Assembly: GCA_030390025.1 (NCBI GenBank)
Contig: CM059432.1
Location: 2,480,001-2,544,000, forward strand
Source of the DNA: Squalus acanthias
Taxonomy: Eukaryota
DNA: 64,000 nucleotides
Direction: 5' to 3'
Shown: one piece after another, positions 11,107 through 22,437 of the stretch
Layout of the letters: each line of letters begins with the position of its first letter
Numbering within the stretch: position 1 is the first letter of the stretch
Position numbers and translations under genes: made by a program
Notes under the pieces: model-generated
Told to the model about the DNA's origin: nothing
Database searches by the model: none
The model's input: the letters and a program-made list of their open reading frames with translations, nothing else

Positions 11107-13099
11107 TTAATAAAAAAATGACCAGCATTTTGTCACACCTCCTACTTTTTGCCCTTCGAGGGTGATCCTTCCCTTGCGCACTTCCCCCCTTCTAACCCTA
11201 CTGCTCCTCCGTAATGGGACCTCAGTGGCTGCAGCAAGGCTGGTGGAAGGCTGCTGCTCGTCAGACCCTGACACTGCAGATGCCCCTGAAGGACGGCCTC
11301 GACCAGTTCTGGGCCTGGAGGGCCCGGCTGCAGACTGCACCAACTCTGCATGGGCGGCAGCAGTCTGTCCTACAGGCGGTGGCAAGTGCAGTGGAGAAGT
11401 GACAGTGTTGGCAGCAGGAATGCTGTCATCGTGAGAGAGGACAGCAACTCCCTGCTCGCCCGACACACTGGCACTCCCACGGGGCAGCACTTCAGCATCC
11501 GGAGCAATCTGCTGGAGAACAGATTGCTGGCCTGCTGCGGCGCGGTGACAGCCCCGGGGACATGTGCACGAACCATCGAGGTTGGCAGCAGTCTGTGCTC
11601 ACGTGGCCTCAATCTGAGTCTGCATGAGAGCAGTCAGAGATGGGATCACGGCAGCCAGTGACTGAATTGCAGCACTAAGCGTTAGTGTGGCATCCGCCTG
11701 TGCTACAGCGAAGTGCTCCACACTCCTTGCCAGTGACTCAATGCATTCGGGCACCCTTCCCACTGCACCCATGAGCTCAGTGTGCATGCCCACCGCCTGG
11801 GTGTTCATTTCTGCGATCAGCCGCTCCTCCTCTGCGTCCATTGCAGTAGGAGTGTCTGGCATACTCTCCCTCTGGGGAGAAGGCCCCCGTTCTTCCCTAC
11901 CCCCATGGCGTTGCTGCAGCCCGCTGGGTCCTGGAGCTTCACCCTCATCAGCCCCTTCCCCCCTGCTCCCCCGTTCTTCCCTCCCCCCCCCATGGCGTTG
12001 CTGCAGCCCGCTGGGTCCTGGAACTTCACCATCATCAGCCCCTTCCCCCCTGCTCCCCTCCGGGGAAGGCGTGTTCCCAGTGTGGCCATGGGCTTCCTCG
12101 GGAGAGGGTGGCACTGATGCTCCGGCTTCCTCTTCCTCCTCAGCTGCAGCATCACTCCCAGTGGCAGCTTCAGGGCCCGTCTCCTCAGCTGGTGAATCAC
12201 CATCTGAAAGCAGGGAGGTACAAGAGTGGCTTTAGCGTGAGGACAGGGTGGCAGTAAGGGAGGAATAAGTGCAGCGAGTTAGCAAGTTGGATTGAAAGTG
12301 TCAAAGGCTGGTGTTGTGAGGGACAAGTGGAAGGACAGAGGACAAAAAGGTGATGACCTTACCATTGCTGTCCAGAACGGGGTCGGCGTCTCCAGTGGCA
12401 ACGGGACCGATCACCCGGCTTGCCACAATCCTGTGGACGCGCTCCTCAAGATCGCTGAGGGGTTGCAGCTGAGGCCGCCCTCCACCTGTCCGTTGCTGCT
12501 GTCTCCGATTATGCGCCAGCTTGGCCTGTAAGAAAAAGGACAGCATCTGAGTAAATATGCAGCCATGGTCTTGCCTGATGTGCCTCCCATAGGTGAATAG
12601 CCCTTACTGTATGCAGCATGGTCTTGCCTGATGTGCCTCCCATAGGTGAATAGCCCTTACTGTATGCAGCCATGGTCTTGCCTGATGTGCCTCCCATAGG
12701 TGAATAGCCCTTACTGTATGCAAAGTGTGGAATGTGTGTGTGTGTTTCATGAAAGGGCCATAGGTGTTGGATGAGTGTTGTGCATTGGGGTTTTAAGACC
12801 CTCTGGCCATAGAGTGAGGTTGAGATGGAGGGATGGAGAGGTATTGAGAAAAAGCCACTCACCCTGACAACCCGAGTGAGGTCGTTGAACTTTTTGCGGC
12901 ATTGAGTATGGGTCCTGGGCACCATGCTCCTGGAGGAGACGCTCTGAGCCACCTCCCTCCACACTCTTCTGAACTCGCGTGGCAAAGGCCTCCTGCCACT
13001 CTCAGGGAAGAGCATACATCTTCTGCGCTCCACCGCGCCAACCAGAGCATCCAAGGCCCGCTCGGTGAAGCGATGAGCTCGTTCTCTCACCCTCTCCAT
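11107..13099 (-). CDS. Harbinger Myb/SANT-like DNA-binding protein gene (3 exons: 13099-12863, 12525-12363, 12203-11599, or to 11107 if the internal TGA is a mutation)
   Basis: Exon 1 RAHRFTERALDALV...WREVAQSVS...RTHTQCRKKFNDL (NAIF1/MSANTD-type); exon 2 RTGGG motif; GT-AG junctions (agg|gtgagt, ttcttacag|, g|gtaagg, ctttcag|) keep the frame; in-frame TGA at 11601-11599. Confidence 0.88.
12556..12722. repeat. Tandem repeat, 3 x about 54 bp, in intron 1 of the Myb gene
   Basis: Unit tatgcagccatggtcttgcctgatgtgcctcccataggtgaatagcccttactg (54/53/54 bp). Confidence 0.95.
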
Positions 13100-14155
13100 C
13101 CTTGGCAGCAAAATGGATTCACAGGTCTCTCCAGGCTGAGATTCAAGGCTGCAATGAGCAGGGTGTGGCTGGGGAGCAAGTTGGCCCCCCCCGCTTTAAG
13201 AAGTGGCCGGCGCCAGTGTGTCTGTGTTCCCTCGCTAACTGGCAGCAGCTGCGCTGCGCTCGCGCGCTGAGTTAGCGCCTCACTGCTCGGCCTTTGCGCC
13301 TTAAGACAGGTGTGCAGTGCCTGATTTAGCGCTCCACTCACCTCCTGGGGCGGTAAAAGTGAAGTTTCCAGTCAGTGCCGATAATTAGCGCCAGGCGCTA
13401 ATATTTGCGTCCAGACGATATTTGCGCCCCAAATGGGGCGCGACCTAATTTTTCCCCCTTTAAGTTTTAAATTTTGAAAACCTCTAAGAACAATTTACTA
13501 CCTGCAGGCGTGAGACTTCACAGTTTCAATTGTTCCCTTTCTGGGCCGGAGAGGTTGTGTGGCATTGCGCGAACATAAATCTCCTCATTAACAGCGTCCT
13601 TACGCCGTTAAGTACCAGCCCTAACTTTCTGCGGCGAGTTTAACGGGTAATTAATGCGCAAATGCAGCAACTTCATGAAACTCACGGAGAGGTTGAGGTC
13701 GAGATGCCGTTTCCGCGAGACTATCGGCAGAGCGACGCAAATCGTCCAGCAACTCGTGGCGATTCGGAACTCACGGGGTATCTCTTCCTTGCCACAAGTT
13801 GCTGGACGATTTGCCCATTAACAGCAGCGAGCGCCATTAAACTCGCTGTGATTTTGGCAGCTCTGGGTCAGTGGGCAACACTCTTTCCGCTGAGTCAGAA
13901 GATTGGGGGTTCGCGTCCCGCTCTAGAGACTTGGGGGGCTAGAAATTTGATTTGTGTCGCCCGTTCTTTGGGTTCGAATCTACCGGTTTTGCGGTGGGAC
14001 ATCCCGTGTCGGAAGCGGTGGCCACCATATTGTCCTTATCCGTCCCATGCCTGGGGGGAGAGAGGACAGCATGAGCCTGTCTCATGGCTCCAATGCCACT
14101 GTCAAGGGGCAATGTCACATCGTGAGACAACCCACTCCAAAAAATTCTGGGTCTA

Positions 14156-14910
14156 GGGCTGGATTTTGTTTTGGGGTCGGGTTGGGGTAGTGTTACCCGC
14201 ATTTCGTGTTGTCCCCCCGACTCCAGATTAATGTGGATGAATGATGCAATTTTCACTTAATTGGGCAATTGAGTTCCAGCATGTGGGAACCCATGAACCA
14301 ATTAGTGGTTTCAGTGGGAAAGTCGCCTCTGATGATGTCATCATTGCAGGCTGCCAGGTCTCAGAGATTGCCTGGCCTTTGCTGTGCGTGGACTTGGATG
14401 CAAAATGAGGAAGGAGAGAGAGAGAGAGAGAGAGAGATTTTTTTCTCCAGGGCCTCTCACAGCAAGGCCAGGCAGTCTCTGAAGACAATGCAGCAGCATC
14501 AGAGGCGACTTTCAGGCCTAATACTACTACCTTCATCACAATACTACTACTACCTTCATTACATCTCCGTTGTAATAGTGGACCTGCAGCTGACTATCAG
14601 CTATCCACTTGTGCTCCCGCCAGGTTTCACTGGAGTGTTTCACACCAGGCGTACTTCACGTCCGAAAAGGGTTAAACTAGCTAAAACCTTTCAAAATGGC
14701 ATTACAGAGCCAATTTAGGGCTTGTTAAGGGCTTTAATGGCCTCTCCCGCCTCTTGGAGGCGGGACGGAGTCGTGAACTCCGTGACCAATTTTGTCAAAA
14801 TTGCGTGGAGGCGGGATGGAGTCGGGATGGGGTCGGGACCCCCGAATCTGCAACTTTAATCCCCCACACACCTCCAAACCCGACTCCACGGGTCATTGAA
14901 AATCCAGCCC
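14156..14910. mobile_element. MITE-like element with GGG-type TIRs
   Basis: gggctggatttt (14156-14167) and aaaatccagccc (14899-14910), a perfect 12-bp TIR; internal (GA)n; no matching TSD seen. Confidence 0.6.
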
Positions 14911-15280
14911 ATTGTATCTATATGCTTAACTCCTGTGAAAGCCAATGAATGCCACTGAACCCTATTATCTTTGCACAATAACGTATACATTTATAAGTAA
15001 GAACATCGATGTACTGACATATCCCTCTGCAGCAGGGCTAGTTTGCCAACTCTCCCCGCTGGTGAGCTGATTCCTGGGCGGTCCAAGCCCTCTGCCCTTG
15101 CTCCTGCGCACAAGTGCCGGGTGAGTCTCCACACGCAGACCCGTCCAGCCTGGCGTCTCACGTACGTGCAGTGTCAGTCTCCGAGCTGCTGCTTGCCAGG
15201 TTATGGTCGAATGATGATGTGTCATGGATGCTGCAGCCTTCCAGCTCCTCGGCCACCGGGAGCTCTACTGAACGGGAAGC

Positions 15281-15643
15281 ATCATAGAGTCATACAGCAC
15301 AGAAGGAGGCCATTCAGCCCATCGTGCCTGTGCCGGCTCTTTGGAAGAGCTCTCCAATTAGTCCCACTCCCCCCTGCTCTTTCCCCACAGCCCTGCAAAT
15401 TCATCCTTTTCAAATATTTATCCAATTCCACTTTTGAAAGTTACTATTGAATCTGCTTCCACCGCCCTTTCAGGCAGCGCGTTCCAGATCACCACAACTC
15501 GCTGTGTGAAAAAAAATTCTCCTCCTCTCCCCCTCTGGTTCTTTTGCCAATTATCTTAAATCTGTGTCCCTGGTTACCGACCCTCCTGCCACTGGAAACA
15601 GTTTCTCCTGATTTAATCCATCAACACGCCTTCATAACTTTGA
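15281..15643 (-). mobile_element. CR1 3' fragment
   Basis: Same family as 5920-6340 and 58618-59060. Confidence 0.8.
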
Positions 15644-15982
15644 AGGGAGGGTCAAGGGTTAGCATTTAGTGTCAAGGGTGAGCAGAGACAGGTGAGTGTC
15701 CGCTGGAATCAGCTACGCTGTGCCATGCAACGTGTGTGAGGGTGGGATTCCAGTCAGGTGGGAAAGAGGGTAAGATGTTCAAGATCCCTGAATGACGAGT
15801 TGACTAGCCTTGCCACGCTCCTGACGCCACCGATACCTGCAGTAGCCAACCTCTTTGACCAAGCTGTAGGTCACCGGTCCTAATATCCCCTTATGTGGCT
15901 CGGAGTCACATTTCTATCTGGTAAACGCTCCTGTTTTACGAGGTTAAAGGTTTTATATCAATTCAAGTTGTTGTCGTTATTA

Positions 15983-16580
15983 GGGGGTAGAAGTTATGCT
16001 GCAGCTGTACAAAACCCTGGTTAGACCACACCTGGAGCACTGGGAGCAGTTCTGGGCACCACACCTTAGGAAGGATATATTGGCCTTGGAGGGAGTGCAG
16101 CGCAGGTTTACCAGAATGATACCTGGACTCCAAGGGTTAAATTAGGAGGAGCGATTACACAAACTAGGGTTGTATTCCCTGGAATTTAGAAGGTTAAGGG
16201 GTGATTTTATCGAAGTTTTCAAGATATTAAGGGGAACTGAGGGTAGATAGAGAGAAACTATTTCCACTGGTTGTGGAATCTAGGACTAGGGGGCAGAGTC
16301 TAAAGATTAGAGCCAGACCTTTCAGGAGTGAAATTAGGAAACACTTCTACACACAAAGGGTGGTAGAAGTTTGGAACTCTCTTCCACAAACTGCAATTGA
16401 TGCTAGATCAATTGTTAATTTTAAATCGGAGATTGATAAATATTTGTTAACCAAAGGTATTAAGGGATATGGGGCAAAGGCAGGTATCTGGAGTTAGGTC
16501 ACAGATCAGCCATGATCTCATTGAATGGCGGAGCAGGCTCGAGGGGCTGAATGGCCTCCTCCTGTTCCTGTGTTCCTATG
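15983..16580 (+). mobile_element. CR1 3' fragment
   Basis: Degraded LYKTLVRPHLE...WNSLP coding region plus CR1 3' UTR. Confidence 0.85.
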
Positions 16581-17372
16581 TAATTTACATGGGGTGAATG
16601 AAATCATTATATTATAACTCACCAGATACTCAGGAGCCAGTTGATGACTCTATCTCTCTTATGATGTGTCGAATGAGTAGAACCTGCAGCTGCCGTCGAT
16701 GCTATGTTTTGCGGCCATGATCTCATTGACTGGTGGAACAGGCTCGAGGGGCTGAATGGCCTCCTCCTGTTCCTGTGTGGTTGGCACGTCACTAAACTTG
16801 CCTGCTGTTCATTTCCAGCACATTCCTTTGTGCTTTTCTTTGGATTTCCAGCATTTGCAGTTTTCCTTTTATAATCCGTTTCCTCCCTTTGTTACGGGCT
16901 ACCCTTCGACATTGAGTTTTAGATTATTCAGCTGGCCAGGATCTCTGGTAATACGAAAGAGTTTGTTGATTATTTCAATTGTCAGTCCAGCCGTTTTGAT
17001 GGTGTTTGGCTCAGAGACACTAGAACTTTCCTTTTTATGAACTGTTGAACCAGAATATAATCCTTCCTCTGGGGAGGAGGACACACCGTCTTAAACTTGG
17101 CCCTCAGACCATTATGTTGCTAAGTTCAACTGCCTGTTTGTGTGCGTTAATAAAAAAAAGTTAAGCGCCTTATTAACAGTTGCTGAAGTGGTTAATTAGC
17201 ATTATTTGTTTAACATACCATTGTTAACTTAGGGCACCATCATGTGAGAATGTAGACGACACCGTAAATGATGCTCAGGAATAAAAATACTTCCACATAT
17301 TCAACTCACACAGGATGATGGTGTACGCTAGGCTTGTATTCGCTTTGTAGAAGACTAAGGGTGATCTAACTT

Positions 17373-17967
17373 GAGGCCTTTGTTACCTCTAGACTTGACT
17401 ATTCCAACGCACTCCTGGCCAGCCTCCCACATTCCACCCTCCGTAAACTAGAGCTCATCCAAAACTCGGCTGCCCGCGTCCTAACTCGCACCAAGTCCCG
17501 TTCGCCCATCACCCCCTGTGCTCGCTGACCTACACTGGCTCCCGGTTAAGCAGCGCCTCGATTTTAAAATTCTCATCCTTGTTTTCAAATCCCTCCATGA
17601 CCTCCTCGCACCCCCCCTTCCTATCTCTCTAATTTCCTCCAGCCCCACAACCCCCCGAGATATCTGAGCTCCTCTAATTCTGGCCTCTTGAGCATCCCCC
17701 GATTTCCATCGCTCAACCTTTGGCGGCCGTGCCTTCAGCTGCCTGGGCCCTAAGCTCTAGAATTCCCTACCTAAACCTCTCCGCCTCTCTCTCCTCCTTT
17801 AAGACGCTCCTTAAAACCTCCCTCTTTGACAAAGCAATTGTTCACCTGCCCTAATATCTCCTTGTGTGGCTCGGTGTCAATTTCTGTTTGATAATCGCTC
17901 CTGTGAAGCGCCTTGGGATGTTTTACTACGTTAAAGACGCTATAGAAATACAAGTTGTTGTTGTTGT
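17373..17967 (+). mobile_element. L2-clade LINE 3' fragment
   Basis: Translates to AFVTSRLDYSNALLASLP..LELIQNSAARVL..LHWLPV..FKIL (L2 ORF2 C-terminus); (GTT)n tail. Confidence 0.85.
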
Positions 17968-18107
17968 GTGTTTGCTAGGCTTGTATTCTCTTTATTGAAG
18001 GTTAAGAGGTGATCTAATTGAAATGTTTAAGATGAATAAAGGAGCTGATTGGGTAGATGGAGAGAAACTATTTCCTCTGCTAGGAGAGACCAGAACAAGG
18101 GGGCATA

Positions 18108-18697
18108 ACAACAACAACAACTTGTATTTATATAGCGACTTTAACATTGTAAAACGTCCCAAGGTGCTTCACAGGAGCGATTATCAAACAAAATTTGACA
18201 CCGAGACACATGAGGAGATATTAGGGCAGGTGACCAAAAGCTTGGTCAAAGAGGTAGGTTTTAAGGAGCGTCTTAAAGGAGGAGAGAGAGACGGAGAGGT
18301 TTACGGAGGGAATTCTAGAGCTTGGGGCCCAGGCAGCTGAAGGCACGGCCGCCAATGGTTGAGCGATTAAACTCGGGGATGTTCAAGAGACCAGAATTAG
18401 AGGAGCGCAGATATCTCGGAGGGTTGTGGGGCTGGAGGAGATTACAAAGATAGGGAGGGGGGGTGAGGCCATGGAGGGATTTGAAAACAAGGATGATAAT
18501 TTTTAAATCGAGGCGCTGCTTAACCAGGAGCCACTGTAGGTCAGCGAGCACAGGGGGTGATGGGTGAACAGGACTTGGTGCGAGTTAGGACACGGGCAGC
18601 CGAGTTTTGGATGAGCTCTAGTTTACGTCGGGTGGAATGTGGGAGGCCTGGCCAGGAGTGCGTTAGAATAGTCAAGTCCTAGAGGTAACAAAGGCCT
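18108..18697 (-). mobile_element. L2-clade LINE 3' fragment (inverted partner of 17373-17967)
   Basis: ORF 18315-18551 LADLQWLLVKQRLDLKIIILVFKSLHG; (AAC)n tail at 18108. Confidence 0.85.
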
Positions 18698-18819
18698 CAA
18701 ATTAGATCATCCTTTACTCTTCTATTAAGATAATACAAGCCTAGCGTACCCACATTCACCATCATCCTGTGTGAGTTGAATATTTGGAAGTTCATATCTG
18801 CATGCAGTATATTTTTATT

Positions 18820-19380
18820 CATAGAATCATAGAATGGTTACAGCACAGAAGGAGGCCATTCGACCCGTCGAGCCCGTGCCGGCTCTCTGCAAGAGCACTT
18901 CAGCTACTCCCACTCCCCCGGCCTTTCCCCATAGCCCTGCTAATTTTTTTCCTTCAGGTACTTATCCAACTCCCTTTGGAAAGCCGTGATTGAGTCTGCC
19001 TCCACCACCCTTTCAGGCAGTGCATTCCAGATCCTAACCACTTGCTGCGTAAAAACGTTTTTCCTCATGTCGCCTTTGGACCTTCTGCCAATCACCTTAA
19101 AGCTGTGTCCTCTGGTTCTCGACCCTTCCGCCAATGGGAACAGTTTCTCTCTATCTACTCTGTCCAGACCCCTCATGATTTTGAACACCTCCATCAAATC
19201 TCCTCTCAACCTTCTCTGCTCCAAGGAGAACAACCCCAGCTTCTCCAGTCTATCAACGTAACTGAAGTCCCTCATCCCTGGAACCGTTTTGTAAATCTCC
19301 TCTGCACCCTCTCGAAGGCCTTCACGTCCTTCCTAAAGTGCGGTGCCCAGAATTGGACACAATACTTCAGTTGAGGCCGA
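18820..19380 (-). mobile_element. CR1 3' fragment
   Basis: ORF 18940-19275 is CR1 C-terminus. Confidence 0.85.
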
Positions 19381-20004
19381 GTCAATGGGGGCGATTTTGC
19401 CAGCCCTGGGGAGGCGGGTTTGGAGGCGGGACTGCCCATCCCGCCCCCAACCCACCTCCGTGCCATCTTCCCAGGAGGCAGGTACCCAACCCGCGCTGGG
19501 TCCTGTCTCCTGGAGGCGGGAAGGTGATTAGTGCCAATTAACTGCCTGTTAACAGGTAGTTAACAGGCAGTTTTTTGGCTAAACCCTATTTTGCCACCTA
19601 AAGTGTGGGCTTCCCGACGGCTCCGAACCGCGCCAGGGTCAGCGAGGCGGGCCGTCAGGTCTGCGGGGGTCGGAGGGGCCGAGATGTCCAGTATGCAGGT
19701 GAGTGAAGGGTGCATGTGTGCAGAGGTGTGTGTAAAGTGTTTTAATAAGTTTTACTTACCTTTACTTCTTCCTGCAGGCTTCCTCCCTTCAGGTCTCAGG
19801 AGACCCTCAGCTCACCGGCACAGAAAGCAGAATGGCCGCTGAACTGTCAAACACTGCAGCCTTCTGCTTTCTGCTCAGGAAGGCTTTCTAATTGAGTCTC
19901 GAGTAAAGACTCAACTTAGAAGACAGATTCCCAGTGTTTGACAGCTTCACAGAGCCATCAAACGCTGACATTTCATCTGTCAAAAGCTCTTGTTAAACTG
20001 ACTG

Positions 20005-21800
20005 GCCTGTAGTTGCTGGGTTTATCTTTACACCCTTTTTTGAATAATGGTGTAACATTTGCAATTCTCCAGTCCTCTGGCACCACCCCCGTATCTAAGG
20101 AGGATTGAATATTATGGCCAGTACCTCCGCGATTTCCGCCCTCAATTCCCTCAGCATCCGAGGATGCATCCCATCCGCTCCTGGTGATTTATCTACTTTA
20201 AGTACAGCCAGCCTTTACAATAACTCTTCTTTATCAATTTTTATCCTATCAAGTGTCTCCACTACCTCCTCCTTTACTATGTCGATGGCAGCATCCTCTT
20301 CCTTGGTGAAGACAGATGCAAAGTACTCATTTAGTACCTCAGCCATACCCTCTGCCTCCATGCATAGGTCTCCTTTTTGGTCCCTAATCGGCCTCACCCC
20401 TCCTCTTACTACCTGTTTACTATTTATATGCCTAAAGAAGACTTTTGGATTACCTTTATGTTGGCTGCCATTCTATTCTCATACCCTCTCTTTGCCCCTC
20501 TTATTTTCTTTTTCACTTCTCCTCTGACCTTTCTATATTTAGCCTGACTCTCAGATGTATTTGCAACCTGACATCTGTCAATCGCACTCTTTTTCTGCTT
20601 CATCATATTCTCTATCTCTTTCGTCATCCAGGGAGCCCTGACTTTAGTTGCTCTGTCTTTCCCCCTAGTGGGAATGCACCTCAACTGTACCTGAACTATT
20701 TCCTCTTTAAAGGCAGCCCATTGTTCCATTATAGTTTTGCCTGCCAATCTTTGATTCCAGTTTACCCGGGCCAGATCCGTTCTCATCCCACTGAAATTGG
20801 GCTTCCCCCAGTTAAACATTTTTACTCTAGATTGCTACCTGTCTTTTTCCATAACTAATCTAAACCTTATGATACTATGATCACTGTTCCCTAAATGTTC
20901 ACCTACTGACGCTTGCTCCACTTGACCCACCTCATTCCCCAGAACCAGATCCAGCAATGCCTCCTCCCTCGTCGGGCCGGAAACATACTGATCAAGAAAG
21001 TTCTCCTGAACACACTTTAGAAATTCTTCCCCTTCTCTGCGCTTAACACTATTACGATCCCAGTCTATATTGGGATAGTTGAAGTCCCCCATTATTACTA
21101 CTCTATAGTTCTTGCATCTCTCTGTAATTTCTCGGTAAATTTGCTCCTCCATATCTTTCCCACTATTTGGTGGTCTATAGAATACACCTAGTAGTGTAAT
21201 GGCACCTCTATTATTTCTTAACTCTAGCCCTATAGATTCTGTCCTTGTCCCCTCCAGGACATCCTCCCTCTCCAGCGCTGTAACCAGTACTGCCGCACCA
21301 CCTCCTATCTTTCCTTCCCAATCTTTCCTGAACACTTTATAACCAGGAATATTGAATACCCAATTCTGCCCTTTTTTGAGCCAGGTGTCAGTTATTGCCA
21401 CAACATCATATTCCCATGTGGCTATTTGTGCCTGCAGCTCACTTACCTTGTTTACTACGCTTCGTGCGTTCACATACATACACTGTAAACCCATCTTAGA
21501 CCATCCTGTATTCTCTCTTAGTTTGACCCCACCTAATACCTTACTATTTCTTACTCTAGTGCTCTCTGCCTCTCCCAATCCTTTGAGCACTTTATTTTCC
21601 CTTTCTAAAGTTACATCCTGGTGCCCATCCCGCTGCCAAATTAGTTTAAACCCTCCCCAACAGCACTAGAACCCCCCCCCCCCCTCCCCACCACGCCGCG
21701 AGGATATTGGTCCCGGCTCTGTTGAGGTGCAACCCGTCCAGCCTGTACTGGTCCCACCTCTCCCAGAACCGGTCCCAAAGCCCTCCCTCCTGCACCATCT
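20005..21800 (-). pseudogene. CR1 5' portion: end of ORF1 esterase plus ORF2 APE endonuclease, frameshifted
   Basis: DGLHLN motif (SGNH esterase of CR1 ORF1) in ORF 21646-21906; APE motifs NARSV, VAITDTW, YRPP, GDFNYP, LDLVL, SDH in 20835-21590; broken frames downstream. Confidence 0.88.
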
Positions 21801-21825
21801 CTCCAGCCATGTCTACCCTTCGAGT

Positions 21826-22437
21826 ACAGGAGCAAGGATGTCTTGCTGCAGTTGTACAGGGCCTTGGTGAGACCACACCTTGAGTATTGTGTGCAGTTTT
21901 GGTCACCTTATCTGAGGAAGGATGTTCTTGCCATGGAGGGAGTGCAACGAAGATTCACCAGACTGATACCTGGATGGCAGGAATGACGTATGAAGAGAGA
22001 TTGGGTCGATTAGGCTTATATTCGCTAGAGTTTAGAAGAATGAGAGGGGATCTCATTGAAACTTATAAAATTCTAACAGGACTAGACAGACTAGATGCAG
22101 GAAGGCTGTTCCCGATGGCGGGGGAGTCCAGAACCAGGGGTCACAGTCTAAGGATAAGAGGTAAGCCATTTAGGACTGAGATGAGGAGGAATTTCTTCAC
22201 CCAGAGAGTGGTGAACCTGTGGAATTCTCTACCACACAAGGCAGTTTGGGCCAATTCATTAAATATATTCAAGAAGGAGTTAGATATATTTCTTAAGGCT
22301 AAAGGGATCGAGGGATATGGAGAGAAAGCAGGTACAGGGTACTGAATTTGGATGATCAGCCATGATCTCATTAAATGGCGGAGCAGGCTCGAGGGGCCGA
22401 ATGGCCTACTCCTGCTCCTATCTTCTATGTTTCTATG
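21826..22437 (+). mobile_element. CR1 3' fragment inserted into a duplicated segment
   Basis: ORF 21887-22345; ttctatgt tail; empty site visible at 27958-27985. Confidence 0.88.

Larger units (their letters stand above)
9157..13458 (+). mobile_element. Full-length PIF/Harbinger DNA transposon (4302 bp)
   Basis: TIRs ggggtaaaaatt (9157-9168) and aatttttccccc (13447-13458), 11/12 match; TSD ttt (9154-9156, 13459-13461); transposase plus convergent Myb/SANT gene; ttagcgcc/ggcgctaa subterminal repeats. Confidence 0.93.

Noticed and set aside
12509..12862. C-terminal part of the 200-aa ORF 12509-13111
   Set aside because: Read-through into intron 1 past a strong GTGAGT donor; the repeated peptide comes from the intronic tandem repeat.
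16899..17090. Minus-strand coding exon (SSSPEEGLYSG...)
   Set aside because: Weak splice signals and no homology I can recognise.
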